Positions 8,402-19,253 are shown, counted from the stretch's first letter. The stretch: 56,006 nucleotides of DNA from an uncultured Erysipelotrichaceae bacterium (GCA_902772915.1 CACYCE010000008.1:1-56006), one strand, 5' to 3'. A program made the numbers and translations. Notes: generated from the letters alone by a model not told the origin.

Positions 8402-10741
8402 ATGAAGAATTTAGAAGAATCCTTGGAATTTAACCGTATTGAAGAAGAATTATTCACTTACTTTGCTTTCGATGAAAGCAAGATATCTTTTTCCTCTTCA
8501 AAAATGATCACTTCTAAATTAGATTTAGAAGAAGAGCACGGCCACTTAAAAGAGACATCTAAATTCATATCTTCAGAAGAAATTAATCTCGAACACACTT
8601 GCGATTTATCTTCTGCGTTTTTATTGTCTTCTAAAGGAGGAATTCTTTCTATTCAAGAATTAGCTTCTTTCATACCTTTTTTAATAAATAATGAAATATT
8701 GAGAATCAAATTAAATCACCATCCAGAATATGAAAGATTGCATTATTTATCTCAAGATTTAAAAGACTTCAATTATATAAAAAATAGATTATCAGTCTCG
8801 ATTCTCCCTGATTTAACTTTATCTGATGATGCTTCACCTTTACTTCACGATATAAGAGTTAGATTAAACGCTCAATTAGTTAATCTATCTAACGCTATTA
8901 AAACAGTTCAAGGTAAGTATCAATCTTATTTAACTGATATTGGTCAAACTGTCAGAAATGGTCTACCTAGTTTAGCAGTGAAATCTGAATTTAAGAATAA
9001 AGTCAAAGGTATGGTCCAAGATATTTCTAATTCTGGCGGAACTATCTATATCGTCCCTATTGAAATTTTAGATATTCAAAATAAAATTTTCACTTTAAGA
9101 GAAGATGAAAGAGAAGAGATTCAAAGAATAATTAAAGATTTATCTTCTTTAATTGCTTCTAAATACGAAGATTTAAATAAAGCTTATTTAACTTGTGTAA
9201 GATTAGATTCATTAATCGGAAGAGTTAAATATGGAAATTCTTATTCAGGTAATATTGCGGAAATTTCTAAAGTAATATATCTATCTGATTTATCGCACCC
9301 TCTTTTAAATAGAAATACTGTAGTAAGAAGCACATTTTCTCTAGGCGATGCTTCTAGAAAGATCCTAGTTATTTCTGGCCCTAATGCTGGAGGTAAGACT
9401 GTTTTAATTAAAGCTGTAACTCTTGCCTGTTATATGAATCAGAAGGGCTTATTAGTCTCTTGCTTAGGAGAATGTAAACTCCCTATATTTAAAAATATTT
9501 TCTTCTTATCAGGAGATAGTCAATCTATCATGGATTCACTTTCGACTTTTTCAGGTCACGTTGAATCTTTAAAAGAAGGTCTAGAACAAGTCAATTCTTC
9601 TTCTTTATTTGTCGTGGATGAAATAGGTCAAGGTACTTCACCTAATGACGGGGAAGCAATAGGAGTTGCGACTATTGATTACCTAAAGAAAAAAGGTGGA
9701 TATGCGATATTGACTTCTCATTATGATGGAATTAAACAAAAAGCTTACGAGGATGAGAATTGTCTAGTCGGAGCGATGATTTTTGATGAAGAGACTATAA
9801 AACCTACTTTTAGATATCAAGAAGGAATGATTGGACGTTCTTACGCTTTAGAAGTCTCTGAAAATATGGGCTTAAATAAAGAGATAATTGATTCTGCTCG
9901 CCTCTATTTAAAGCGTAAAAACAAAATAGAAGGTAAAGATCAAATTGAGAAAGCTATCGCCCTTCAACAAGAAAACCTCAAGCAGATAGAAATCTACAAT
10001 AAGAAGATTGAAGAAGCTAATAAATTGTTAGAAAAGCGTCAAAAGGCTTTAGATGGCTTAACTAGAGAAAAAGAAGCTATAGCCTCTAAAGCTGAAGATA
10101 AATTGGAAGAGATGATTCTAGAAAAGAGAAAAGAAATAGATGCTCTATTTAAAGAACACAAGATTTCTTTAAAGGATTTAGCTGATATCAAAGGTAAATT
10201 AAACGAAGTTGATTTATCTAAAAATAAAAATTTAGGTAAATATAAAAAAGAAGAAAAGAATGTTAAGCCTCCTAGAGAATTCAAAATTGGAGATGTAGTT
10301 AAAGTCACTTCTTTAAATAATAGCGGCGAAGTAACTTCTATCAATAAATCCAAGAATCAAATAAGCGTGAAAATTGGTGGGATAGAATTTAAATTAAGCC
10401 CTTCTGATTTAGTTTATATGCATTCAAAGATGGATAAAGAGAATCCTCTTGAAAAGAAAGTAATGGTTGCAGATTCTTATATAAACAGAAAAACTGGCGT
10501 TCCTTTAGAATTGAATATCATCGGTTTAAGACAGGATGAAGCTAAAGCTAAATTAATTAAATATCTAGACGATTGTATTCTTTTACATTTCCACCAAGTT
10601 CGCATTATTCATGGGCACGGAACTGGAGCGCTAAGAAATATGGTTAGAACTTATCTTTCTAAGTGCGACAATGTCGAATCGTTCCGCTTTGGAGGAGAAG
10701 GAGAAGGAGGAGTCGGGGCAACCGTCGTTATTTTAAAATGA
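8402..10741 (+). CDS. mutS2: MutS2 endonuclease / ribosome-collision factor
   Basis: ISGPNAGGKT, SLSTFSGH, DEIGQGT, coiled coil, KOW-like region and Smr domain IIHGHGTGALR. Confidence 0.95.
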   Translation: MKNLEESLEFNRIEEELFTYFAFDESKISFSSSKMITSKLDLEEEHGHLKETSKFISSEEINLEHTCDLSSAFLLSSKGGILSIQELASFIPFLINNEILRIKLNHHPEYERLHYLSQDLKDFNYIKNRLSVSILPDLTLSDDASPLLHDIRVRLNAQLVNLSNAIKTVQGKYQSYLTDIGQTVRNGLPSLAVKSEFKNKVKGMVQDISNSGGTIYIVPIEILDIQNKIFTLREDEREEIQRIIKDLSSLIASKYEDLNKAYLTCVRLDSLIGRVKYGNSYSGNIAEISKVIYLSDLSHPLLNRNTVVRSTFSLGDASRKILVISGPNAGGKTVLIKAVTLACYMNQKGLLVSCLGECKLPIFKNIFFLSGDSQSIMDSLSTFSGHVESLKEGLEQVNSSSLFVVDEIGQGTSPNDGEAIGVATIDYLKKKGGYAILTSHYDGIKQKAYEDENCLVGAMIFDEETIKPTFRYQEGMIGRSYALEVSENMGLNKEIIDSARLYLKRKNKIEGKDQIEKAIALQQENLKQIEIYNKKIEEANKLLEKRQKALDGLTREKEAIASKAEDKLEEMILEKRKEIDALFKEHKISLKDLADIKGKLNEVDLSKNKNLGKYKKEEKNVKPPREFKIGDVVKVTSLNNSGEVTSINKSKNQISVKIGGIEFKLSPSDLVYMHSKMDKENPLEKKVMVADSYINRKTGVPLELNIIGLRQDEAKAKLIKYLDDCILLHFHQVRIIHGHGTGALRNMVRTYLSKCDNVESFRFGGEGEGGVGATVVILK

Positions 10742-12537
10742 AAATAATCACGCCTTTACTTCAATCGAAGATAGATTTACTTCCTGACCGTCCCGGTTCT
10801 TATCAGATGAAAGATAAGGATGGGACTATTATTTACGTAGGTAAAGCTAAATCTCTAATAAAAAGAGTTAAGCAATATTTCACTCGTCCTCAAGCTGGTA
10901 AAGTTATGAAGATGGTCGAAGAAATAGAGGATTTCGATATTATTGAAACCAATACTGAGAAAGAATCTCTACTTCTGGAAATTAATTTAATTCAAAAATA
11001 TTACCCTAAATACAATATCTTGTTGAAGGATGGCAAGATGTATCCTTACATCGCTTTAAAAAAGGGTAATGATCCTTATTTAAAGATATCTCATAACAAC
11101 AAAGAAAAATCCTATTACTACTTTGGACCTTTTCCTTCTTCATCCTCAGCTTACACCATGATTAAACTCATGAATAAAATTTTTCCTTTGCGCAAATGTA
11201 AGGCTATACCTTCTAAACCTTGCTTGTATTATTATTTAGGTCAGTGCTTAGCTCCTTGCATCAACAAAGTAAAAAAAGAAGATTACAAAGATATTCTCCT
11301 TCATATGAACAGATTGATGAACGGAGATACTTCCGAACTGATATCCGATATTAAAAAGAAGATGAAAGAATGCTCTGATAACTTGGATTTTGAAAGAGCT
11401 CAAGAATATAAAGAACAGATAGCTTCTATTAATCATATAGTTTCTCAACAGAAGATTATGTTTGAAGATCACATCGATAGGGATGTAGTAGGTTACTCGG
11501 AAAGAGAAGGTTACTTATCGGTTATATTCTTCCTTTATAGAAGAGGAATTTTATTAGGTAAAAACTTATTTGTTATTAACAAGATGGGGGATTTAGGAGA
11601 TCAATTAGAAGAAGTAATTATACAATTCTACCAGAATCATCCTAAACCCAAAGAATTGATAATATCTTATAAAGATATCTCTCAAATTATTTCAGAAGCT
11701 CTAGAATTGAAAGTTATAGTCCCTTCTAGAGGTTTTAAAAAAGATCTTCTTTTCATGGCTTTAGATAACGCTAAACAAGGCTTAGATCAACATTTCCAAA
11801 CTGCTAGATTGGAAGATGATAATTTAGCTTTATTAGAAGAATTAGGTAGTAAGCTAAGCTTAAAGAAGACACCTTTAGATATAGAGCTTTACGATAACTC
11901 CCATTTGCAAGGAGCTGATGCTATAGGGGCGATGGTTAAATATATCAATGGGGAAAAGGCTCCTTCTTTATATAGAAAATACAATTTGAGGGGAGAAAAT
12001 ACTAAAGACGATTTAGCTTCGATGAAAGAAGTCTTGACTAGGAGATTTTCTCATCTTCAAGATCCGAAGAATAGAAGACCTGATTTAATTATTCTCGATG
12101 GTGGAGAAAATCAAATTATGGCAGCTTTAGAAGTTGAAGAAAAAGAAAATGTCGATATTCCTTTATGTGGTCTAAAGAAAAACGATAGACACGAGACTAA
12201 CGCATTAATTACTTCTTATGGCGAAGAGATACCTTTAGATCGTACTTCTTCTTTATTCTTCTTGTTGATGAGAATGCAAGATGAAGTTCACAGATTCGCT
12301 ATTTCGACTTTCAGAGCTAGAAAATCCAAAGACTTCTATCAGACTATATACGATGATATTGAAGGTATTGGTAAAAAACGTAAAGCTATGTTAATAGATG
12401 CCTATCCTACTATTGATTCTATTAAAGATGCTTCTATAGAAGAATTAGAGCAATTGATACCTAAGCAAGCTGCGCTATTATTAAAAGAAAAGATTGCTAA
12501 GCAGGATAAAATAAATAACAAATTGAAAACTAAGTAA
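10738..12537 (+). CDS. uvrC: Excinuclease ABC subunit C
   Basis: GIY-YIG motif IYVGKAKSL, PKYNILLKD, DNSH, PDLIILDGG, DEVHRFAI, HhH. ATGA overlap with the mutS2 stop. Confidence 0.97.
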   Translation: MKIITPLLQSKIDLLPDRPGSYQMKDKDGTIIYVGKAKSLIKRVKQYFTRPQAGKVMKMVEEIEDFDIIETNTEKESLLLEINLIQKYYPKYNILLKDGKMYPYIALKKGNDPYLKISHNNKEKSYYYFGPFPSSSSAYTMIKLMNKIFPLRKCKAIPSKPCLYYYLGQCLAPCINKVKKEDYKDILLHMNRLMNGDTSELISDIKKKMKECSDNLDFERAQEYKEQIASINHIVSQQKIMFEDHIDRDVVGYSEREGYLSVIFFLYRRGILLGKNLFVINKMGDLGDQLEEVIIQFYQNHPKPKELIISYKDISQIISEALELKVIVPSRGFKKDLLFMALDNAKQGLDQHFQTARLEDDNLALLEELGSKLSLKKTPLDIELYDNSHLQGADAIGAMVKYINGEKAPSLYRKYNLRGENTKDDLASMKEVLTRRFSHLQDPKNRRPDLIILDGGENQIMAALEVEEKENVDIPLCGLKKNDRHETNALITSYGEEIPLDRTSSLFFLLMRMQDEVHRFAISTFRARKSKDFYQTIYDDIEGIGKKRKAMLIDAYPTIDSIKDASIEELEQLIPKQAALLLKEKIAKQDKINNKLKTK

Positions 12538-12570
12538 AAAAGGAATCTCATTTTTTGAAGATTCCTTTTT
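12536..12570. terminator. Bidirectional intrinsic terminator
   Basis: AAAAAGGAATCT ... AGATTCCTTTTT between convergent genes. Confidence 0.8.
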
Positions 12571-12573
12571 AAA

Positions 12574-14355
12574 TTATCCTCTAGGTTTAAATTCAACGTG
12601 AATTTCACTTATATCAGTTCCTAAAATATCAGAACCGTATTTGTAGAAACCGTTGATAGAAGTCAAGGTAATTTTATTAGATGATGAATCTATGTAATAG
12701 AAAGAAGGGAAGTAATGTTCGTCATTTTTAACAATGTCAGTTTCTTTACCGAAGATGACGAATTTATTGTTTTCGCTAATTGAAACTGGTTCTTTATTAA
12801 TTCTTTCACCAGTGAAACCATTTAAAGTTATAACGGTAGTAGAAGAGACATCTTCTTTGACATTTACACTAGCTGCACTTCCAACGATGGCTTTGATAGT
12901 TTTAGCTTCATTGATGGAATAAGGGAAAGTTATATTTTTATCTTCAGAGTCAGTGTAATTGATTACTTTCTTACCTGTACCAATCTTAGCAGAAGTAATC
13001 TCATCTACTTCAGCTTTAGATATAGAATAACTACCTTCAGAAGCATAAGTCGAATCTTGACTTAAACCTAAAGCACTTCCGAAAGGATCGTAATAAGTAA
13101 TATTTAATTTATTTAAAGAGACATACTCGATATTAATGGTAATATTCTCTTCAGTAACCGTATATTTACTGTTAAATATAGGAATTTCTTTAGAAGAAGC
13201 ATCTAGATATATAACTTTAGTTAATCTTAACGTTTCATCATTAAGGTAGTAGGGATTTAAATCAATAATTCCATTTGGAGCGATATTATTAATTATAGAA
13301 GTATTGTAATCTACTCCATCTTTTTTTACTTTGACAGTGATAATAGGATCGTTGACCCATAAAGCGTACAAAATAATATCTTCTTTAGGAATAGTTGTAA
13401 ATTCGTATTGTTTATCTACTCCATAAGTTGGATTTTCTTTAGTGTACCAACCGGCGAAATATTTGTTGTCAATTTTAAATTTCGTATAATCTAAAGTTCC
13501 ATCGTTTTTATTAGGAGCTTTGATTGGTGTACCTTCAAATTCGTAATAAGGATCGATATTATATCCTTCTACATTAGTGACAAAAGAGACTGAATGTTTT
13601 TTAACAAAATTGGCATATATAGTCGTTGAAGTCTTCGGCATTGATTCAAAATTGAATCTAGTTTTGAAAGTATCTTCTATATACCATCCTTCAAATTTAT
13701 AATCTTCACCTTTATCTAGAGAGACATCTTCTAAGAAGGAAGAAGGAATACTTGATTCAGGAGCAAACAATCCACTTTTTACTACCTTACCATCGATATT
13801 AACTGTCAAAGTAGGGTAAATCTTATAACTTGCCGTCAAAGTAATATCCGAAGAAGGGAAACCATTTTTAAAATCGAAATCTATTCCGTTATTTTGCCAG
13901 GAAGCAAAAGAATGGTTAGCTTTTGTGGGAATAGGAAAGGCGCTGTGAGGAATTACATCGCTAGGTAATCCGTAATAAGTTGTTACTGCACCAGACTCAA
14001 AGCTTCCTTCTCCTGCATCTAAATTAATGTGGACGTATTTAGCGTATTTACCATAGACGTCAATGCTTTCATTAGGGAAATAATTGAAATAAATTCTCTC
14101 GGTTGAAAAATCTTGACTTGTAAACCAACCCTTAAAGGCGTGGTCTGCTTTAATTTCTGCCGCATCTATTTGTTTATCTATAGCAGAGTCTTGTTCAATT
14201 TTAGTACCGCTAATTCCAGTTAAAGTTAAAACGTTGTTGCTTCCATCGAAAAACTTGATGGTAACTTCTTTGTTCGTACTAGGTGAACACGAAAAAAGTG
14301 AGGCTATAGTTAAAAATGATAATGGAGCAATGATTATCTTATGTATACGTTTCAT
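12574..14355 (-). CDS. Surface lipoprotein with InlB B-repeat (Listeria-Bacteroides repeat)-like domains
   Basis: Lipobox LFSC; about four repeats with F.GW(Y/F)...P..(D/T)I.(L/V)YA.(W/Y/F). Confidence 0.8.
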   Translation of the reverse strand: MKRIHKIIIAPLSFLTIASLFSCSPSTNKEVTIKFFDGSNNVLTLTGISGTKIEQDSAIDKQIDAAEIKADHAFKGWFTSQDFSTERIYFNYFPNESIDVYGKYAKYVHINLDAGEGSFESGAVTTYYGLPSDVIPHSAFPIPTKANHSFASWQNNGIDFDFKNGFPSSDITLTASYKIYPTLTVNIDGKVVKSGLFAPESSIPSSFLEDVSLDKGEDYKFEGWYIEDTFKTRFNFESMPKTSTTIYANFVKKHSVSFVTNVEGYNIDPYYEFEGTPIKAPNKNDGTLDYTKFKIDNKYFAGWYTKENPTYGVDKQYEFTTIPKEDIILYALWVNDPIITVKVKKDGVDYNTSIINNIAPNGIIDLNPYYLNDETLRLTKVIYLDASSKEIPIFNSKYTVTEENITINIEYVSLNKLNITYYDPFGSALGLSQDSTYASEGSYSISKAEVDEITSAKIGTGKKVINYTDSEDKNITFPYSINEAKTIKAIVGSAASVNVKEDVSSTTVITLNGFTGERINKEPVSISENNKFVIFGKETDIVKNDEHYFPSFYYIDSSSNKITLTSINGFYKYGSDILGTDISEIHVEFKPRG

Positions 14356-14480
14356 ATTTTACCTAATTTAATTATAAACATATTTTTTGAAAGTTTAGGT
14401 AGTTTTTATTAAGTTTGACATAAAAGTATCATTTATAATATATTTATATTTACTTATAAGGAGGTAATTAATCACAAAAA

Positions 14481-15527
14481 ATGGAAATCCCGCTGTTGGT
14501 ACTGTTCATTATCTGTGTTTTTTTATCAGGTTTCTTCTCAATGTCAGAAACCGCCTATACGTCCTTATCACACGTTAGAATTGAAAGATTAGCGAAAACT
14601 AGCAAAACCGCTAAGATTGCTTTATTTTTAGATGAACATTACGAAAGATTACTTTCGTCTATTTTGATTGGTAATAATATAGTTAATATTATTGCTTCTA
14701 CAGTTTTTACTTTGCTCGCTACAAGGTGGTTTGGCGAAAATGGCCCTGTTTTATCTACAGTTATTGTTACAGTCGCAATTTTAATTTTTGGTGAAGTTAC
14801 TCCTAAAGCTATTGCTAAATCTGCTTCTACTAAAACTTGCTTAGTGACAGCTTGGCCTTTGATAGTCTTGTATTATTTATTTTATGGCTTTGCCGTCTTC
14901 TTTGAATATTTCACTAAATTTATACTGTGGGCTTTCCATTTAAATAGAGGAGAGACTACCTTAACTGAAGATGAATTGAAGATGCTAGTTGAAGATATTC
15001 ACGAAGAAGGCGTCATTCCTCAGCAAGAGCACGACTTAATTCAAAAATCTATCATCTTTGATGATAAGACTGTTAAAGATATCATGATGCCTTGGGATAA
15101 AACGGTTAAAGCTTACAATAATGAATCTGATTTTGAAATTAAGGAAATGTTTGAAATCAATAACTATTCTAGAGTTCCTTATCTAGATTCTGATGATAAT
15201 AAAGTCTTAGGCTTACTCTTACAAAAAGATTTCTACGAAATGTTAATTGAGCAGAATAGATCTATTCAATCTATCATTATTGAACCTTTATTTTTCAACA
15301 TAGACACTCCTATATCTGAAGCATTTAGAACATTGCAAAAAGAGAAGATTCAATTAAGTATCATCATTGATGACGATAATAATCCCGTAGGTGTAGTTTC
15401 TATTGAAGATATAATTGAAGAATTAGTAGGTGAAATCGAAGATGAACACGATGCTGAGGATATAGAAGAAAATGAATATTACTCTTCAGCGATGAAAAAC
15501 AAGAAAAGTCGTAAAAAGGCTAAATAG
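14481..15527 (+). CDS. HlyC/CorC (CNNM/DUF21 + 2 CBS) membrane protein, probable Mg2+/Co2+ transporter
   Basis: FFSMSETAY, ILIGNNIVN, FGEVTPK, YSRVP, EDIIEELVGEIEDEHD. Confidence 0.9.
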   Translation: MEIPLLVLFIICVFLSGFFSMSETAYTSLSHVRIERLAKTSKTAKIALFLDEHYERLLSSILIGNNIVNIIASTVFTLLATRWFGENGPVLSTVIVTVAILIFGEVTPKAIAKSASTKTCLVTAWPLIVLYYLFYGFAVFFEYFTKFILWAFHLNRGETTLTEDELKMLVEDIHEEGVIPQQEHDLIQKSIIFDDKTVKDIMMPWDKTVKAYNNESDFEIKEMFEINNYSRVPYLDSDDNKVLGLLLQKDFYEMLIEQNRSIQSIIIEPLFFNIDTPISEAFRTLQKEKIQLSIIIDDDNNPVGVVSIEDIIEELVGEIEDEHDAEDIEENEYYSSAMKNKKSRKKAK

Positions 15528-16095
15528 GTTCTAAAACTCTCTCTAAACTAGGTAAGATAATTGAGGCTAAGGTTTCGACGGATTTTTTATTGTAATCTGT
15601 AAAATCAGAATCGATATACTCAGTGATAATTTTAGCTATTCCCGCCGAGTGATATTTAATAATTAAATCGAATTTTTCGGCATTGAATTTATAAAACTTA
15701 TTTAAAAAGACGAAAGAAGAATCTTTTAAGATTTTAAAAGCGAATAAATTTAAATGCTCATAATAAACTTGAGATTTGACTATCGCTGTTAAAAATTTCC
15801 TGTGTTCTTTGACATTATTAAGAAAATCTTCCATTAACAAAATTAAAATGGTTTCTTTGTCATCGCTCTTTTCTATATTATTTCTGGCTGCGCTATAGAA
15901 AAAAGAAGAAAAATCATTTAAGTAAGAAATAATAATATCATCGACGTAAGAATAATGAAGATAGAAAGTCTTTCTAGCGATATTAGCTTTTTCAGTTAAT
16001 TCAGTTACTGTAATTTTTCTATCGGGATTCTTATCTACTAAATCGATGAAGGTTTCCAAAATTAATAATTTGGTCTTTAATATTCTTTTATCCAT
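15520..16095 (-). CDS. TetR/AcrR-family transcriptional regulator
   Basis: MDKRILKTK ... ITVTELTEKANIARKTFYLHY helix-turn-helix. Confidence 0.9.
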   Translation of the reverse strand: MDKRILKTKLLILETFIDLVDKNPDRKITVTELTEKANIARKTFYLHYSYVDDIIISYLNDFSSFFYSAARNNIEKSDDKETILILLMEDFLNNVKEHRKFLTAIVKSQVYYEHLNLFAFKILKDSSFVFLNKFYKFNAEKFDLIIKYHSAGIAKIITEYIDSDFTDYNKKSVETLASIILPSLERVLEPI

Positions 16096-16214
16096 ATCTT
16101 GATTATACTCAAAAATATAAAATTTGTTACATATTTCACAATTGTAAAATAATGGTATTTATAATTTGTAAACTTATATGTATACTTTACACGAACATGA
16201 AGGAGTTTGTTAAT

Positions 16215-17081
16215 ATGCAAGATTATGTTATTGTCATGGACGCCTCTGGCGATTGCGATCCCAAAGTCATCGAATCTGAAAACATAGGTTTCTTACCTAT
16301 GGAATATACTTTAGGCGATGAATTTAGAATTTGTTCTACTATGGAACCTGAAGACATCATGAAGCAATTCTACAACGGACAAAGAGAATCCAGTTTAACT
16401 AAGACTACTCAAATCACCCCTTATAAATATGTGGAATTTTTCTCTAAATTTATGGAAGAAGGGAAATCGGTTCTATATTTATCTTTATCTTCCGGTTTAT
16501 CTAAGACTTATGAGTCTTCTTTAATTGCTAAAGATGAATTGAAAGAGAAGTATCCTGATGTTGATTTATATTCTATCGACTCATTAGCGGGTACTGGTGG
16601 AATCGGTGTTCTAGTTCAAGAAGCTGTAAGAAATAAGAAAGCGGGAATGAGCATAGAAGAAAACTTCGAGAAAGTTTCTGAAATGACTCACAGAATTTAC
16701 CACTGGTTTATGGTCGACGACTTAAATTATTTAAGAAGAGGTGGAAGAGTCTCCGCTACTACAGCTTTTGTTGGAACTTTATTAAATTTCAAACCCATCT
16801 TAAAAATCGATAAGGTCGGTAAATTAGAGACCATTGGTAAAGAGAGGGGAAGAAAAAAGGCTTATTCCACTTTGTTAGGTTATTTCGATCAATATTACGA
16901 TGAAAGTGTCACTAAAGATGTCTATATCTGCCACGCTGATAACCTCGAAGGTGCAGAATTCTTAAAGGCTGAATTGTTGAAGAAATATCCTTCCTTAAAT
17001 GTTACTATCACTTACTTATCACCTATTATTGGTGCACACACCGGACCTGATATGGTCTCTATAATTCACTTTGGTAAATAA
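16215..17081 (+). CDS. DegV-family fatty-acid-binding protein (FakB-like)
   Basis: TTQ, LSSGLSKTY, IDSL, DDLNYLRRGGR, KPIL, IGAHTGP. ATG at 16215 follows AGGAG. Confidence 0.93.
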   Translation: MQDYVIVMDASGDCDPKVIESENIGFLPMEYTLGDEFRICSTMEPEDIMKQFYNGQRESSLTKTTQITPYKYVEFFSKFMEEGKSVLYLSLSSGLSKTYESSLIAKDELKEKYPDVDLYSIDSLAGTGGIGVLVQEAVRNKKAGMSIEENFEKVSEMTHRIYHWFMVDDLNYLRRGGRVSATTAFVGTLLNFKPILKIDKVGKLETIGKERGRKKAYSTLLGYFDQYYDESVTKDVYICHADNLEGAEFLKAELLKKYPSLNVTITYLSPIIGAHTGPDMVSIIHFGK

Positions 17082-17086
17082 GCGAG

Positions 17087-17115
17087 AAAAAAGCCCAGAT
17101 TACTGGACTTTTTTT
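17087..17115. terminator. Bidirectional intrinsic terminator
   Basis: A-tract, GCCCAG-loop-CTGGAC (one mismatch), T-tract, between convergent genes. Confidence 0.7.
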
Positions 17116-17118
17116 GAT

Positions 17119-17562
17119 TTATTGAGCTTTTTCTAAAATCTTCTTATATTTAGCTACACCTTTAGCTAAATCTTTTTCAGAAGGACGACCTTTGCCAGTG
17201 TGAACACCTTTTAATTTCATTTCACCAGTGATGGCAAATTTACCTAAGAAATTGACGTTCTTCTTCTTTAAGATTTTTTTAGCTTTGCCAGCGAAGTTCT
17301 TACCGGAAGCAGAAGTGGAGAAGAGGAAGACTTTTTGATTAGGTTCTAATTTGATGTTTTGAATGTATTTGAGCATAGGAATAGGCCATTTAAAAGCGTA
17401 AGGAGCAGAGCCAAAACCGATGACATCATAACCTTTAATTTCTTCTTTAGGAGCGTCTAAAAGTAATTGTACTTCAGTTCCTTCGACATTTTTAGCCATT
17501 TCTTCAGCTAATTTTCTGGTGTTTCCTAAAACACCTCTATATGTAACTAATAAAATTTTCAT
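17119..17562 (-). CDS. Flavodoxin-family protein
   Basis: GNTRKLAEEM, YDVIGFGS, VFLFSTS, GRPSEKDL. Confidence 0.85.
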   Translation of the reverse strand: MKILLVTYRGVLGNTRKLAEEMAKNVEGTEVQLLLDAPKEEIKGYDVIGFGSAPYAFKWPIPMLKYIQNIKLEPNQKVFLFSTSASGKNFAGKAKKILKKKNVNFLGKFAITGEMKLKGVHTGKGRPSEKDLAKGVAKYKKILEKAQ

Positions 17563-17704
17563 ATTATTTTATGCCTTTCTTTTTTTAATTATATGGATAA
17601 TGTTTAATGTTATGAATAAATATGCTTGATTATTTATCAAAGTGACTAAGTATAAATACTGATTAGAACAAGAAAAAAGTAGATACCTAGTGAAGATATC
17701 TACT

Positions 17705-19030
17705 TTATTTTTTATCGTAATAATCAGAATTTCTTTTGACTTGTTCCCATTTAACGTTCTTTTTCATACCTCCAAACATCAATGAGAAGGCGTAGAAGAG
17801 AACGTAGATTATAAAGAAGAAGACTAAGCCGACAAACTGACTTTTTTTCTTAGCTCCGTATTTCTTGTATTCAGTAGCAGTCATAACTGTAGGAACTAAC
17901 ATACCAAATAGCAAATAGAAGGCTGCTACAGTTATAGCTATAGCTATTAAAGCAGTGAAGATTGCTGAAGAGAAGTATTGAGTATTGAACATGCTTAGAG
18001 GAATGAAATTATTCGCAGCAAGCCCTCCAAAGATAAAGAAGTAAGCGAAGAATAATAAGAACCAGGTGAAGAAGATTCCTCCTATAGAAACCCATATATA
18101 AGTAGTGTAAGTTTCTAAGTAAGTAAATTTGAAGGTCTTGAAGAACATCTTCAACATCTTACCCATTTTTTCTTTTAATAAGACTTTATTACCAGCGGCA
18201 ATTCTCTTATTTCTAATAGCAGTATCATGACCAGTAGAAGGGAGGTCTTCATAGACTATAGCATCTTCAACAAAGCGGATAGTTTTACCTTCTAACATTC
18301 TATTGAAAGTATATTCAGTATCTTCACAGATAGAAGTGACATCGTAACCGTTAGATTCTAGTAATAATTTTCTAGACATCGCTGCTCCAGGTCCGTTAGG
18401 ATGGGCGGATAATTTCATAACTTCTCTTGCTCTAGAACCGAATCTAGAATCGAAGCAATAAAAGAATGAACAAGCTTTTGTAAAGAAGTTTTGCGCTCCA
18501 TTAATTGCTCCTTCATAAGGGCGAGAGAATTCTGAACCGCTTTGATAAGCATCGTTCATCAAGGAAGTGAATTCATCGTTGATGTGGTTATCAGCATCTA
18601 ATCTAATGATGATTTCTGTGTCCTTATCATTTTCTAATATATAGTCGATCCCGTATTTAAGAGGGTAGAGAGCCATTCTGTGTTTAGGATCTGGGTCATC
18701 GTGAACTAGGACAATCGCTCCAGCTCTACTTGCTTCTTGAGCGGTGTTATCAGTGCAATTATTAGCAACGACGTAGACATTAAATAATTCTTTAGGATAT
18801 TTTTGATTATCTAGAACAGATTTAACTGTGTTGTAGATAACTGAAGATTCGTTTCTAGCCGGTATGATATAAGCGATTTTAGCTTTTTTATCAGATTTAG
18901 GGAAAGTTTTCTTCTTACATACTAAAGCTACTATAATCTCAATCAATTGGACCAGAAGAAGTAAGGCGAATAAACCGAGGACGACGTAATTAACTATTCT
19001 TAAAACTACGAATAAATATTCATACCACAT
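17705..19030 (-). CDS. Membrane GT2 glycosyltransferase (cellulose synthase/IcaA-like or glycolipid synthase)
   Basis: IPARNE, ANNCTDNT, LDADN (DxD), CEDTE; N- and C-terminal transmembrane helices. Confidence 0.88.
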   Translation of the reverse strand: MWYEYLFVVLRIVNYVVLGLFALLLLVQLIEIIVALVCKKKTFPKSDKKAKIAYIIPARNESSVIYNTVKSVLDNQKYPKELFNVYVVANNCTDNTAQEASRAGAIVLVHDDPDPKHRMALYPLKYGIDYILENDKDTEIIIRLDADNHINDEFTSLMNDAYQSGSEFSRPYEGAINGAQNFFTKACSFFYCFDSRFGSRAREVMKLSAHPNGPGAAMSRKLLLESNGYDVTSICEDTEYTFNRMLEGKTIRFVEDAIVYEDLPSTGHDTAIRNKRIAAGNKVLLKEKMGKMLKMFFKTFKFTYLETYTTYIWVSIGGIFFTWFLLFFAYFFIFGGLAANNFIPLSMFNTQYFSSAIFTALIAIAITVAAFYLLFGMLVPTVMTATEYKKYGAKKKSQFVGLVFFFIIYVLFYAFSLMFGGMKKNVKWEQVKRNSDYYDKK

Positions 19031-19114
19031 ACATAAAAATTATAACATCTATCACTACGATTTAAAAATATCTTTAGTTTAGGTTACGCCAATATAAATG
19101 AATAATTGGCAAGA

Positions 19115-19162
19115 AATAAAAAAGGATTGATTTTTAATTACCAATCCTGTTGTTTTTAAATG
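19115..19162. repeat. Direct repeat copy 1 (att-like; contains the tRNA terminator hairpin)
   Basis: AATAAAAAAGGATTGATTTTTAATTACCAATCCTGTTGTTTTTAAATG; identical to 20325-20373 except for a 1-nt indel. Confidence 0.93.
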
Positions 19163-19166
19163 TCTT

Positions 19167-19229
19167 TCTGTATATCAAATGATACCAATTTTAAGAACGA
19201 AAATTAACTCTGTATACTACATGATACCA
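19167..19229. repeat. Two 21-bp direct repeats, 42 bp apart
   Basis: TCTGTATAtcaaATGATACCA (19167-19187) and TCTGTATActacATGATACCA (19209-19229), 18/21 identical. Confidence 0.8.
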
Positions 19230-19253
19230 GTTTTTTGGCAAATGACGACATTT

